A DNA stretch of 61,331 nt, counting the filler, from Bipalium vagum (taxonomy: Eukaryota): the NCBI GenBank assembly GCA_037834085.1. It is 3 parts of 3 records of this genome, joined end to end, with 100 filler letters (N's around TTAATTAATTAA, not from the genome) between each part and the next. Parts side by side here need not be neighbours in the genome. Positions count along the whole stretch, not along the records: positions 15,898 to 44,848 come from JBBMKC010041829.1; 2 more parts are not named here. The stretch is one strand, 5' to 3'. The notes below the pieces were generated by a model. It worked only from the letters and a program-made list of their open reading frames with translations, searched no databases and was not told where the DNA came from. Below, piece by piece: positions 21,060 through 35,292 of this stretch; within the stretch, counting starts at the first letter, position 1, and every line of letters begins with the position of its first letter. The translations under genes and the position numbers were made by a program.

Positions 21060-22349
21060 AAATTAATTTTCAATCTATCTCACACTTATTTTGTCTGAAT
21101 TCTGCGAAAATATATAATTTTGACTGTGACTTATATAGAATTTTTTCAAATATTATCAGAGATGGTTTGTGGAATTCATTATTTATTTCTTTTACTTCTC
21201 AGTGATACTTTTAAAAAATATTCCTTATCTGAGGTATTCGATTATACTTTTGGGACTTAATTATTCCCAATTTTTATAGAGAACTGCGATCAAACTTTTA
21301 ACCAAAGCAAAGCTAGAATATAATTATCTCTCTGTTATTATTATTTATTGATAATTAGTGTGAAATGTGAATGTTTGATGAGGTTTAATTAAAATTTTAC
21401 ATAATAAATACCATTTAATAATTTGTATTTATACCCATGCATTTTCGACAGGGAAGTATCAGAAAATGCATTTGTGTAGATTATATATACAGAGTGATTC
21501 AGAGAGGAAAACTGATTAATAATGTTAATCAGTAAATTACGTTTGGGAAAGGAATCATGACAAAATAAAAACCTTTTAAAATAATAATTTAAATATAATA
21601 ATAATTTAAATAATATTTGTTTTAAAACAAATATTTTAATAATCATAATAAGATTGAGACGTTATTAGGCAACCGTTGTGTTGTGGAGATCTGTCGGTAA
21701 AACGTTCTTAATGGTATAGATAAAGAACTATATATTTGAATGATTTGGTTTTTTGCCCGGAGCTCCAAAATTTTTACGTAAAATGATTAAGGTTCTGTTG
21801 GAAAGATGGATCTCACATCTTAAGAACAAGAATATTTTGCTTTACAGTTGTTTTAAAAATAGAAAAAATTGATTCTTGATTACACTAAACTTCGTAATTT
21901 TTGAAAAATAATAATTTGTGCATGATTGTATTTTTTAGGAAAAAAAAGAAAAATTTTAATAGTTAAAATTATTTTGTTTGTATCTTTCATTTATATTAAT
22001 ATTTAACTTACGAACACAAATTTTGAATTCTGAAAACTGTTTAATGTTTTCGGTGACTCTAAATACAATGTTAAATATGAAAATAAGTTAATATATTCAA
22101 AATATGGTTATATCCAGTCCATTCCCGAAAATCAATTGGTTTTATTTCGGAGAATCTTAAGATTTAATGATTTAATTAATTTTCTATTTTAACCGTTCCT
22201 CCATTTTTTATTTTTGAAAACTTAATAATGAACTATTGTTATCGAACGAATAAAATTGTAATGATTTTCAAGCTTAGGAAAATAAATTGGAAGACAGATG
22301 GTAAAATGTACTTATACTGTACCAGAAATAATGAAGTCAACTTAACAAA

Positions 22350-23100
22350 CCTTTTAACAATACGTATATATTTATAGGTTGCATTTCTCACCATAACCGC
22401 CATTTACATGATGCACTTTTTCCACAGGTCGACTACTCCATTCTTATCTCAAAGAAATCTTGATTTTTATCCATGAGGAATTTTGTCCTTTATATCATCC
22501 TTTTAAATAAATATTTGTATTCGAATATGTTTCTTCAGAGGATTGAACAGCCAAAAATCATTTGGTGCCTAATCTGGATTGTATGGAAGATGATCCAGCT
22601 ACACAAACCTGGCTATTGTTAATTTTTCTTGTGTTTTCTTTGGTGTTTGAATAAGAAAGTTATCATTAATCAAAAATGCTCCAGGCTGTGTGGCTTGTTC
22701 TGGATGCTTTGGATTTCAAATATGAGATTACTGTAGTAATCCGAATTTAAGATTTCTTCAGTAAAATCTACCTCCAAGATGCAATTTCTATCCCAAAAGA
22801 CGTTCAACGTGGCATGTTTATGATGCAAAATATCGAGTCGCAAGACCTTAGATGGCTTCTTATTTTCTTTGAATCTATTTTAGAGTAAGGAAGATGGAAA
22901 CTCATTTGCATCTCGTTTATAGTTATTATATTCGAAAAAAATTGGTCCGTTTGCATTCAGATGACCGTCATCTCAGCGTTTAACTATTTCGGCACAAACC
23001 TGCTACATATTTTTCGAAGTATTTTGAATATTTTTGTTAGAATCCAAATACTTTTTAGTCTTAACCCATATCCCTGAAAGATTTGTTTTTAAATCCACCA
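22350..23100 (-). mobile_element. Degraded mariner transposase
   Basis: HLPYNPD*APNDFWLFN at ~22545-22595; MLNVFWD at ~22790-22815; RW-like C-terminal remnant. Boundaries approximate. Confidence 0.7.
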
Positions 23101-23739
23101 AGTTCTTAGTTATTTTTTTCACTTTTATAAGCAAATTTTTGTGAGATCTGACCAAACAACAATTATCGAAGTTTTAATTAAAAATTATGTTGACTCTAAC
23201 AAATAAAAAAATAAATCAATCATTTATTACCTATTTACGTTTTGCATTGTTTTGTAAGTATAACATTAATTCTTTTGTTATATTACCTCATCTCATATTT
23301 TATCATTCCTTTTCCATCCACATATTTAATCATTTCTCGTTTTCAATTCCCTTTCGGCTCGATGAGTTTCACTTTCATACATTAATGTACCCGACGATAT
23401 AGAGAGTTTATTCTCTTTTCCCGAACCCATCTGCTTCTCCATTAAATGCTAATGTCAATTATCACGGATAATTTACTAATTTTTATTCAAATATACAATA
23501 AATTATAAAATATTTAACAATTACCGACACGTTACCAGGAAACATTACTATTTGATGTGAAATCAATTTTGGTTTGATGGTTTGTTTTGAAACTTGTTTT
23601 CACCATACTTTACATTGACTTTTTTTGTTCTTTTAGTTTGGTTTGTTGAATCGTTGGTTAAAGTTAAATAGAAGTTTCTTTTTAAATTATAAGACATAAT
23701 ATAATTTAATTATAATATTATTATTATATCACAAGATCA

Positions 23740-24060
23740 GAGTCTTTATATCTTCTTTTGAATAGAAATTCGGTAATATACCCATCCAGGTTTTGTCTAT
23801 TTCTATAAGAATTAGATCTTAGGAAATGTTTCAACATCATCTACAAATTTTCAATTAATTGTGCATTGGCAACTGTTTGAGGATCTACAAAGTTTTCTGA
23901 ATGATTAACCGTTAAGTGTCTTAATTTAAAAGTATCTTCTATTTTAAAAAGTGTCTTATATTTAACCTTAACCGAATTTTCCTTTTCCAAAACATTCGAT
24001 AATCTTTGTATGGCCTATCTATGGCACTGAATTACAGATTAATTTTTTCCATTTGTTGTT
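23740..24060 (-). mobile_element. Merlin (IS1595/ISXO2-like) transposase C-terminal fragment
   Basis: RHLTVNHSENFVDPQTVANAQLIEN and NLDGYITEFLFKRRY match the Merlin HxTVNHxxxFVDPxTGxxTQxIE and YLxEFxxRR motifs. Confidence 0.8.
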
Positions 24061-24705
24061 TTTAGACTTTAAACCCTTTGGCTTATGTAATATTTAATTA
24101 ACTCCGCTGTTAATATCATTTTCCTTACATTCATTCAAAATTCTTTATGAAAGAGAAATAAATAAATAAAATTTTCAAAATATATTAAATTTCAAGTCTG
24201 GTTGATATTTAAAGTTATCTTTAAATTTTAGTTTTATTTTTTTAGTTTTGGGAATTATTGATACATTTACAATTACAAATTTAATTTCAAGAATTTTCCA
24301 TATTTCTTTTTTAAGTAAAACATAAAATAATATTTAATTCAATGTAAAAATTATTTTTTCATATTCCTCTGTGGAAGTAATTTAAATAATATTCCATATC
24401 GTTAGTATTAATATTTCTTCTTTCATCCTAAACCAGATAGAAAATATTAGGATTATTAATAATAAATAATTTTGCATATTTTTATAATCTGGGTTGTAAT
24501 GCAAATTGAGTTGTAAAATGAGAATAAATCAATATATTATTATAATTTTATAAAGTGAAATCTGAAAATATCATAGAAGGAATTTATTTATTATACTAAT
24601 ATTTTAATAGATAAGGAAGAAATGTTTCGAGGTTTAAATTAAAGTATAATGGTAAATTAAGATCCCTCTATTACCTTATAATTTTAAAAAATTATAATAT
24701 ATTTA

Positions 24706-25131
24706 CCGTAGATACTTCAATATAAGTCGAGGTTTTTTTCTATAAAATTTGATGAAAAAAATGGGGTCGACTTATATAAGAGTTATAGCAGTTTTAACCA
24801 ATATAATGGCTGTATTTATGAAATGTATCACGTTGTGTTCATAATTGAATACTGGTTATCATTTATGTTTCGTTTTTTTTCCAGTTTTTCTCAGCACCAC
24901 AGTGCTACGCATGATAAATTTACGCATGTTTGAATATATTTTGCAATAAAGTATCAAAAGATTGACATTTTTTCCTTTTTATTTTATGTTATTTTCCAAA
25001 TGTACGAAAGAGGAAACTACTCAGACATATATTTTTACCTCGACTTATATAAGAGTCATACGGTTTTTCACAGAATTTCCCATTTTTCCCCCTTGACATA
25101 CACGAGGTCGACTTAATTTAGAGTATCTACG

Positions 25132-25132
<1 letters not shown>
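24706..25132. mobile_element. MITE of pogo/Tc2 type (CCGTA termini, TA duplication), 427 bp
   Basis: TA-CCGTAGATACT...AGTATCTACGG-TA, with internal repeats of TCGACTTATA in both orientations. Confidence 0.85.

Positions 25133-25187
<55 letters not shown>
25133..25187. repeat. (ATT)n microsatellite starting at the MITE's TA
   Basis: Direct reading. Confidence 0.9.
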
Positions 25188-26250
25188 CATTTGTATATTT
25201 GTAGTATTGTGGCCTTGTTTAAATTGATACTTCTTTATAGTCAAATATTAAAATCAATATATATTGTGAAAAAGCAACGTCTCAAAATTGTTCAATTTCG
25301 GTAATTTAATTTTCTGGTAAATATTGAGCTTATTTTTGATTTCCTCGCTCATAATCTTTAACATTGATTGAGATAAATAAAACTATTGTCTTCTTTTATT
25401 GTTACACTGATATATTTTTTATTTTTATTATTTCTCATACTAAAAATGAATTTTTTCTAATTTTTATCATTTTTTTATTAGACATTATTTTGTTTTATGT
25501 TCTGTAATCATCAAATTTTAGGTCGACTGATAAAAATTCACATCGAAAATTAATATTATTTTTTTATATTGATAATTAAAATAATATAAAAATAAATAAA
25601 AACTGGAAAAAATGTGATTAATTTTTTCTAATTTAATTTCCATTAATTTAGTTTGTTAAATGTTCAGTTAGCATTTGTGAACATTAATTTATTATAATTT
25701 GTTGTTCAAAAGATAAATAGTGTTTTATCATTGTCATTTGTATTATATTGTACTGGTTCTATATTAATAATGATTAAGAAAATCAATACATTTACAATTA
25801 GAAAATTTTCGAAAACGAAAATTAAAAGATCTTTTCCTCTTATGACAAAGTCATTATTATATTATTATATTTTTCGAATATACCAAATATTTTTGAAATT
25901 TTATCCGTGTCATAAAAAATATTTTTTTCAAAAAAATAATTATTAAATATAATACTAAAACGCAAAAATTGTAATTAGAATGAAGTTCAGCTGAAATGTA
26001 GGTTAAAATCGTCGTCATATCGTTGAAGTAATTGTGTTGATTAATGGCAGCAAGAGTAATTTGTTTTGATTAAGACTTTAACAGAAATATGCCATTACAC
26101 TATTGATTATTTTCTATTTTAAATGTGACAAAAAGTATTCATTGTTAAGATCAAATTATATTGATTTAATTTCAAAGAAATTAACTGAATTATAATTTTA
26201 TGGTTTTTCAAAAAAAAATGTTTTTAAATTTAGCAAATTTTTTTCAACAG

Positions 26251-26332
26251 GTATTTCTCGTTCGAAAAATCACAGAACCCCTTCTTGGTCAACTGTATGC
26301 CATGAAAGTGCTGAAAAAAGCATCTTTAAAAG
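26251..26332 (+). CDS. RPS6KA: p90 ribosomal S6 kinase (RSK), N-terminal kinase domain exon (82 bp)
   Basis: cag|VFLVRKITEPLLGQLYAMKVLKKASLK|gt. Confidence 0.93.
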
Positions 26333-27717
26333 GTTTTTTTATTTTACATCCTGTTCTTTCAAAAAATTTTAAAAATAATATAATTATATTATTTTGATGG
26401 TTTGACTTATTAAACATGAGACTTTCTGATAAAAAATATAATAATAAAAACGTTAGTAAGTATTTTTATTTTAGATATCAAAATATAATTTTTATTGATT
26501 AAATATTTTTATAAAAATTATAAATATAAATATTTTATAAATATATATGAAGTTATGAACCTCTTATCTCGTTATTTTGTTAGTCACAATTGATTTGGGA
26601 CAGATCTGAATGAATTGAAGATGAAAATAAATTTTATAGTGTAATTGATCTCAATAGAAATTATTGGAAATTAGCACTGTTATTATTATTATTATTATTA
26701 TTCTTTACAGAAAAAATTTTTTTCTTAATAGTTTCGTCTAAAATTATTCAGACATTAATTGATGAAAAAAATTTGATAAATGATGAAAATAATATTGATG
26801 AAATCATGAAAAGAGAAGATTTTGATCTTTTTTGTGAATGTGATAAAGAAGAACCTACGATCTCGATACACGGATATTTGTGAGAAGAAGATGATTACTT
26901 AAAATAATAATTTAACTGGTGAAGTAACAGAATATCAGCGCTAAAGAAAAGTTTTCCTCTGTCATTTACATTCGCGAATACCTTCAGGAAAACAGTCTTA
27001 GTGCTGAAATGGAATTAACTTTGTAATTGAAAATGGTATCTTAAATAGACCACAATGCTATAAGCAGTTATCCTTACGGAACTTCTTTAAAACAAATTAA
27101 ATGATATGTATGTTTAATTAGTATTTTAGAATCAATATTCTTTTTTAAAATTAATATTGCACAATAATTATTATGTAATCATACTAAGTAAATTTCTTTT
27201 AATATGTTATATCGGTTATTACGATAAATTTTCGATGTCCCGGCAATATCGTTTTAAGCAAAGTCCACTGTATATTTTTCAAAACTGTTTTAAAAAAAAA
27301 TATTTTAAATTCATTTAATCTTGAAATTATCTATAGTGAAAATGTAGGAAATATTTTAAAAATTGCTCTTACTGTAATGTGTTAACACGAGATCTTCAAG
27401 CAAATACATTTAGATATATTATACTTTTTTGTTAATCGTTTTTAAAATAATATTATTAAAAAGGAAATATAAATATAAATAATTTTCAATCAATTTATCA
27501 AAATTTCATGTTCTGAATTATATTATAAATAAACATTTTCTTCTTGAATATCATTTCCGTAATTATTTATTTATGTCTTGATGGAGTGTCATAAAATCAG
27601 TTATTAATTTTCGGAAAATTATAGTTATTCTATGATTATTTATTGAATTTGTTTAAACTATTATATTTTAATTAAAAATGTTCCGATTCTTATTTATTTA
27701 ATTTGTTTCGGTCATAG

Positions 27718-27798
27718 TTCAGGATCGCAAACGGACAAAGATGGAGCGGGATATTTTGGCTGCTATCAGACACCCATTCATAGTTACATTGCATTATG
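27718..27798 (+). CDS. RPS6KA: RSK exon (81 bp)
   Basis: tag|[27 protein letters not shown]|gt; phase matches neighbouring exons. Confidence 0.93.
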
Positions 27799-28307
27799 GT
27801 TAGGTTTCCTTTGAAAAATAGATTAATATTCAATGTGGAGAAATCAATCAGAAGTGTCTTTTGGACATTTACGCGACTTTTATACATATTTTATTCATTC
27901 AAAGCTGAAAGAGAGAAAGAGAATTATTCTATTTCCTTCTGATTTTTTAATTTTCTTTTTCTAAATTTAATATTTTTGATTTTTATTAATCTTTTTTACA
28001 TTATTATTAAAGATTTCAATTTAATTCGATTTTTTTCATATATTACTGACTCTATAGTTTTAGATCATACATTGTTTAATTTATTATATATATATATATA
28101 TGGAATATATACAAAAATTATGATAAAATAAATATTTATTCAATCATGATTATAACAACATCTAAATTTTACTTTATTATTTATATTATATTTTATCATA
28201 CATAATAATATAATTAAATTGTTAATTGATTATTAATAAATATAATTTTTCCTAATAATAATTTTTGTTTTTATTATATTTCTGTCAGTTAAAATGATTA
28301 TTTTCAG

Positions 28308-28387
28308 CTTTTCAAAATGAGGGCAAAGTCTATTTGATACTTGAATTCTTGAAGGGGGGAGATTTATTTTCTCGTTTGTCTAAAGAG
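28308..28387 (+). CDS. RPS6KA: RSK exon (80 bp)
   Basis: cag|[27 protein letters not shown]|gt. Confidence 0.93.
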
Positions 28388-28600
28388 GTAATGTTTTATT
28401 GGGCAAATATTAATTTAATTTACAAGATAAATAATATTTATTTCTCTGATTAAAATTTATTATTTATCCAGAATGAGCTAAAATAATAAAACATGCTATT
28501 AGGTTGTTTCATATGAAATTTCCTATTTAAATAGTTACTTTTTGCAAATTTTTTATAATAAAGCTGCATAAATAAATTATATTAACTTTTGAAATCCTTA

Positions 28601-29105
28601 TATTGGGTTGATTCATATAAGTTCGTGCGTTTTTAATGAAAATATTATGCGTGTTTTAGAGATAAGAATCTACCAATCAAACAAATTTTATTCAGAAAAA
28701 TAAAGATCATTATGATCAACTATCTTAATTCAACGATGGGCAAGTTGTTCGATGCCACTCCGGTACCATGCTTTATCTTTTGAAAGGAAAAATTCATAAC
28801 ATCCATTTTCAACCTGTTCTATATTCTCAAACTGTCGTCCTCTAATTAAATGAACCATTGATCGGTAAGAATAGTAATCGCTGAATAGTAATCTTGACTG
28901 AATTCAGGATGTGGTAAAATTTCAAGTCCTAATTGGGTAATTTTATTTTGGGTTACTCGCGCAGTATGCGACGACCATTATCCTGTTTCAGAAGTACCCG
29001 CTTTCTGTTGACTAAAGCAGGATATTTTATGGCTAATTTTTGGTTCATCCTATCGAGTTGAGCAGAATATAACTCAGTAGTAATGGTTTGGCCATATGGA
29101 AGTGT
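28601..29105 (-). mobile_element. Mariner 3' half with TIR
   Basis: TIR-like TATTGGGTTGATTCATATAAGTTCGTGCGTTTT at 28601; GQTITTELYSAQLDRM; LVNRKRVLL; EILPHPEFS; RHGTGVASNNLPIVE. Confidence 0.8.
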
Positions 29106-30299
29106 TTTTTTTTAATATTTTAATTTTTAAAATATTTTTTTAAATAATCTAATAAATTCTTAGAAAATATCAGGAATGACGCAAAAACTGATAAAACAAG
29201 AAATTCGCACAATTTACTAAAAAAAAGAAAATTAAGACATTCACATTTGAAACTACTAAAAACATTAATTTGGTATTCAGCAAAAGTACAGCTAATAAAT
29301 GTACCAATAGGTGATGGCGTGTGAAATTCATGGAAGGTGACGAAATTAGACTTCTTTATTTTATGTTGTAACTGTATTTTTGACAGATTTTACTTCTAAA
29401 TTTGAAATTGAGTGGTATTTATCTTTCCTGAGATATGCCACTTTCTTAGCTTCAGTGTGTTAACATTCTATGGCCAAACGATATCATCAAATTTCATTAT
29501 TTTATTTTTTGCCTTCCATTTCTCTTTCTACTGTATCTAGTATCTTAGTCGTAACTTTTCCACTCTTCTGTTCTTTTTGTTGCGTTTGACAGTATTGATT
29601 CTGCATTTGAATGAACAAGAGCCTTCCTATATCCTAGGCTCATGTCTAAGATACTAAAATAATTGATCCATGTCTAAAATTGTGAGAAATTTGCTTTTTG
29701 TTGTAACCATAAGTAATTCGTAATTTGTAATATTTAAGTAATGTAAAACGTTTGTTTTATAAATAATGATTAGAATGATTAAAAAGTAATAAACAACTAT
29801 CAACTATTTCCTTTTTAGATAATAGGCTTTTTCGAGATCATTTATTGAATATAAGCTATATTCAAGCACAGTTTAAAGTAAATTTGAACTTTTCTATGAT
29901 AGATGTGCAGCAATTGTGTTAGAACTGGTATTTATATCAAGTATAAATTCTTCATTCATATCCGAAAACCTTAATATTGAACTGGTTACCAGTGACTCTT
30001 TCAGTTCCTCAAAATCCTTATTTATGTCCGGTGCCTAAATCAATTTTTTATTATTAATTCCAAATAATTATTCCATTGCTTTTGGTTTCTTTGTTTATGA
30101 AACGGCGATATTAATGAGAATCCCAATAAACTTTAATTCTTATCAGAATTTGGTTGGGTAAACTTTAAGATAACGTATATTTTTAACTGTGTTGCTTGTA
30201 CACTGCGTGCCAAAAAATGCACATTCAGTAAATGGAATTTCTGAGCTTGTTCATATTCCAGTGTTTTTGATATTCATTAATATCTCATCCAAGACTTTA

Positions 30300-30907
30300 A
30301 TGGTGCTCTACGGTGCCTATATTTGATTGCTGAAAATTTTCGGTATTATTTTTAACTAATAAAATCAAGTAATTATTTTATTCCAAGAATTATTATGCAT
30401 TTGAAGGAATCTGGAGAGCTTTATCTATTACAACTTCTTCAAGTCGATCAAACTATCAATGCTACAAAGTATTGTGGTTAGCTTGAAAAATTTAAAGAAG
30501 AGATACTGAAAAACAACCAGAATTGCTGAACAAAAAGAATGTGATCTTCCACATGGATAATGCAAAACCACATACTGCTTTGTTGTCAAAACCAAACTAA
30601 AAGGACTTCGGTTTGGAATTAATGCAGCACCCACCGTACTCTCTAGATGTAGCTCCTTCGGATTACCACCTATTCAGATCGCTTCAAAATCACCTTGAAA
30701 ACAGCAATTCCATTCAATGAAGGATATCAAGAAGTCATTGGAGAATTTCTTTGCAGGAAAACCTCAAAGTTTTATAAGACTAAATAATGATCTTACCATA
30801 AAGTTGGCAACAATAATGGCTTTTTTTTTAATAAAATAAATATTTGGATGTTAACTTTGTATTTTAATTTGTTAAAAATAACGCAGAACTTATTTACCTG
30901 CCCAATA
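30300..30907 (+). mobile_element. Mariner 3' half with TIR
   Basis: IFHMDNAKPH; HPPYSLDVAPSDYHLFRSLQNHL; TIR-like AACGCAGAACTTATTTACCTGCCCAATA. Confidence 0.85.
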
Positions 30908-30909
30908 AA

Positions 30910-31560
30910 AACGAAAATATCATCCAGATATACTATATCCACTTTGATTTTTCCTTTCACTTTAATCTTGATTTCTTGAAATGTTCCTGGAGCTGCAGCA
31001 ATACCAAATGTCATTCTATTGAAGCCTTATTGTTCATCATTCTTCGAAAACGCACTCATTTTCTTTGAGTTTTTATCCGATTCAAAGTGGTAATATCCAT
31101 TTCATAAATTTATTAAACTAATGTAAAGTTCAGATCCCAAAGCATCTAATATTTGGTATTGGAAGTCCTTGTCTTTCCATTACCACATTTAGTGTCGTAA
31201 AGCCTAGATTGATTCGAAAGTCTTTTTTCCCTTTTTCCATATCCATATTAGCAGTCCACATTCTCGTGATCATATCTCTTATTTCAAACTTTGTAATAAG
31301 GTCTTTACACCTCTGTCGTTTGCCTTTCTCCTTCAACTGCCTCAATTCTTTGGGAATAATTGATTATGGCTCCCACAAGCTTTCATACTAGTGAAGTTCG
31401 ATCTTTTAGGTGCACCGAAACATTCTCATATTCTTCTTTTATACTTGTCTACTTCCGATACCACATAAATATTTTTCTTTAATCGCGTTAATCCTTCTAT
31501 TTCCATTCCTTGATTAGTTTCGTAAAAATTTCTTTTTCTTCTCTGATCTGCATTTTTATT
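30910..31560 (-). mobile_element. Gypsy reverse transcriptase fragment
   Basis: FRINLGFTTLN; GYYH; SAFSK; NRMTFGIAAAPGTFQ; VYLDDIFV. Abuts the mariner TIR. Confidence 0.8.
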
Positions 31561-33399
31561 TAAATTTTGGTAGCAATCCACTATATTATTATATAAATAT
31601 GATTTTAAAATTAAAAATTCCTATGATCTAATTAGTCTCTTTTATAAGAATTTCAATATCATGAGAAAATTGAAAACCAATTAGAAATTAATTCGATGAA
31701 TTATCTGTTATGTCATTCAAATTAAGAAAATTTTAATTTTTTTTAACTGATCACAACTGTCAACTGTCAACACTTAGCGAATTCAACAATAAATCTTTGA
31801 AATATTTTTAATTATCACGAACCATGATATTTCACTTTCAAGAAAACTAAATACCTTCGGATAATTCTCTTTCAGGACAACTAATATCAACGAAAACTTC
31901 CCTTCAAAAATAAACTCTTTAAAAGATAACCGGGGTACTTCTTAAAAGATTTTAAATTGAAAAAAAAAGAATTAAAACAGGAAACATTTTTAAGATATTT
32001 TGATAATGTTTTCTTTATGATATAATATTAGAAAATGATAATATTCATGAAAATCTTGGTTAATGATCATTTAACTGGAACAAAATGACTTTCACTTTCA
32101 ATATGGATATAATGACATAAATAGGAAGTTTAAACATCCATGGCTTGGTGTTTAATAAGGCAATTTTCGTTTTCGATTTTCTTTTTCTCTCAATGTAAAA
32201 ACAATTTTTTAAAAATTTCATACTAATATGCAAGAAAATTTTTTTCTGGTCATTTTAGTGCTTACATGTTTCTTAAAAATATTGATTATTTTAATATTTC
32301 GAAAATGTTTTGCAAAAAAATGTCAAAAAATAATCCTCTGGAGAAATTCTTGATTTGTAAACTTCGATTTATTTGTATAAATTGTTACAGTTAAACTATT
32401 ATAATCGATTTGATCAATAAAATTAAAAGTTTTTTAAAAATTTTTTTTCATATATTTTGAAATTAAAATGAATTATTTTAAATAATGGAACATTCCAAAT
32501 TTTAAATAATTTTTATTATTATTAGCACATTTAAATATTCTTGATTAGTTAACTTTCATGGTTTAAAAAAATAAAAATAAAAAATTTACATTAAATTATT
32601 TATTTTTGTTAATACATTTTTATTTATTTCTTCTTTTTCGACAAGAATTGCCTCTGCCTCTGAAATTAAGCAAAATAAAATTCTTTTTCACTTTCGCTAA
32701 AATATTTTAAAAACCTTAAACATTTTAAGTGGTGACGTATTAAAAGAGAATTTTTCAGATTTATTCATTTATATTTTTTCGTGTAGTAAAACAAAAAATC
32801 TATTTTTAAGTTTTGTCTTTGTTATGAAATGTTGATTGCGTAAAACATGTCTCCTGGTTTTTTATATTTTTTTAAAAAGATTTTATCGCTTCCATAATGA
32901 GTTTATTGTTAATAAAGATAAGTCTGCTTAAGTGTACGTGAAGAAGGAAAGTGTTAGTGCTTTTACAAGGCAGTTATAACAAGTGGAAAAAAGAATTCTC
33001 TTGAGACATTAAATATTTTTTTTCTATGAATTTTAAACAGTTTTAACTGGAGATCAATTATACATAATTTTTTATATGAATTTATCCATAGAAAACATCA
33101 TGTTACTGAACAAATGTCTCCACTTAATCATTTTAGTGTCACTGATTCCATTAAATTTGTTTTTTCAAAGTGGAGCTTACAAGCAAAATGAGGAAGTTTG
33201 ATGAAAAAATAATAAAATGAAACATTGTGTCAGCTATTGGAAAAACTTTGATATTAAACAGGATTATAGATTAAATATTAGATTGTCCCACATATGAAAA
33301 GGCGGATTTTAGTTTTATTATTTCAAAGATTTGTTAATATAATTGTTTAAATACATCAAGGTAAAGCGCAAGTTTCACTTTTTCCAGATAATTCTAAAA

Positions 33400-34290
33400 G
33401 TTAGTAGTTCAATCTAAAAGTATGTATTATTTTTGACATTTCAAAAATATGGTTGAACAACATATTTGAATTTGCATACTTTATGAATTCAAGCTTTATC
33501 ATAATGAATCAGAACCAACTAGAAAAAATAGGCAAGTACCATCTTCAAGAGCTCGATAAATGGATACCACATCACAATAGGCAAGAAAATAGGAGGTTCG
33601 AAATTTGTTCTTCTTTGATTATTCGAAGCTGAAATGATACATTTTTTGTCTTTAATTGTAATCTGTGACGAGAAGTTGGTTTTATATGACAAGATCAGCG
33701 AAATGGTTAGATGTGGTTGAAGATCGAAACATGTACCTAAGCAAAGCCTTCAGTCAAAGAATACTAGCATTACTGTTTGGTTGTTTGAAAATGGATTTAT
33801 TCACTATAGCTTTTTAAAACCTGATGAATCTATCACACCTCTGTTATACTGCAATTAAATTGAATTATTGCACCAGAAGTGTCTTGAAAATCAACCAAAA
33901 CATGTTAATAGAAAGGAACCAATTTTTATTCATGATAATTCAAGACCACATGTTTTGAGATAGTTAGCACAAAAGTTACAGGATATAAACTTCTAATATT
34001 TACCTCATCCAGGTGATTAACTGAACTCCTTCCCATCAGATTATCATATTTTCAAACATTTGGATACATTTCTGACTATTAATTTGTTTCGAAACCAAGG
34101 TGACTTTCAAAATGTCATTCTTCAATTTTTCAGTCCAGAAATCCTGATTTCAATGAAAAGAAAATTTATGATTTATTGTCCCCATGGCAGAAGTGTATTG
34201 AAAACAATGGAAAATATTTTGATGAATAAAATTTGTTTCCTAGCTCTTTTTGTTCATTTAAATTTGTTACATCCTAAAAACTGATACTTC
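33400..34290 (+). mobile_element. Degraded mariner transposase
   Basis: KWIPH; IVICDEKLVLYD; HDNSRPH; PSDYHIFKHL. Confidence 0.85.
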
Positions 34291-34790
34291 ACCTGTTATT
34301 ATGCTTTCCATTTAAATGACAGTATGACTAGATCTGAATTGATTTATTATCTCATTTTCTGAAAAAAATATTAAAGAAAATTAAGGAAAGATGGTGAAAT
34401 TTTTCAAATTTAACGATTTTTTTGACCTTGAGAAATATTACATTTAGTAATTCTTTTTCCACCGTTTGTTTTAATTGAATGACTTCAAAAAAAAGAATTA
34501 TTGGTCGGCATGACAATACAGATTGTAAAATAATAAGGATGAGCAAGGTTTTACTTACCGTAATAAAAATAATGTAAAAATAACTTAATTTCAATGAAAT
34601 CTTTTTTATAATTTGCAGTTTCATTAGATTTCTTTGATTTTCCTAGATTTCAACGGTTTTTCTAAAATTATTTTTCCTTTCCAGTCTTATAAAATCTGAA
34701 CTAGTTTAGTATATTGAATTAGTAATAATTTTTGTGAAGCATTTTTTATAAATTAATTTATTTTTGCCTAGTTTCATATTCTTTCTTTAG

Positions 34791-34898
<108 letters not shown>

Positions 34899-35292
34899 TA
34901 AAGTTTATCTTAAAAGTTTTCATATTTATTTTATTTATTATATATTTTATAAAATTTAATTAAATAATAAATTTAATAATAATTTAATAATAATTTTATA
35001 TTCTAATATCAACCAACCATAATTTTTCTTAAGCCAATATGAAGTAATTAATATTTTATTCTCATCCGTTATCGAAAGAAGTGAAGAAATTGTTGAAGAA
35101 AATATTTATAATTAATATCCATTGTTTTATGGAAATGCTTATGAATTCATTTTTATAGATAAAAGGTTTTGCTTATGATATTAATTATTTTTTTCATATT
35201 ATTTATTTAATAAGAGCGGTAAATAATCAAATTTAATATATCATTAACTTGTATTTCTGTAACAAAATTAATTATAATTATCAAGAATAAAT

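Noticed and set aside
29400-30300. Possible non-LTR retrotransposon RT remnant on the minus strand
   Set aside because: Only vague motif resemblance; not supportable without a search.
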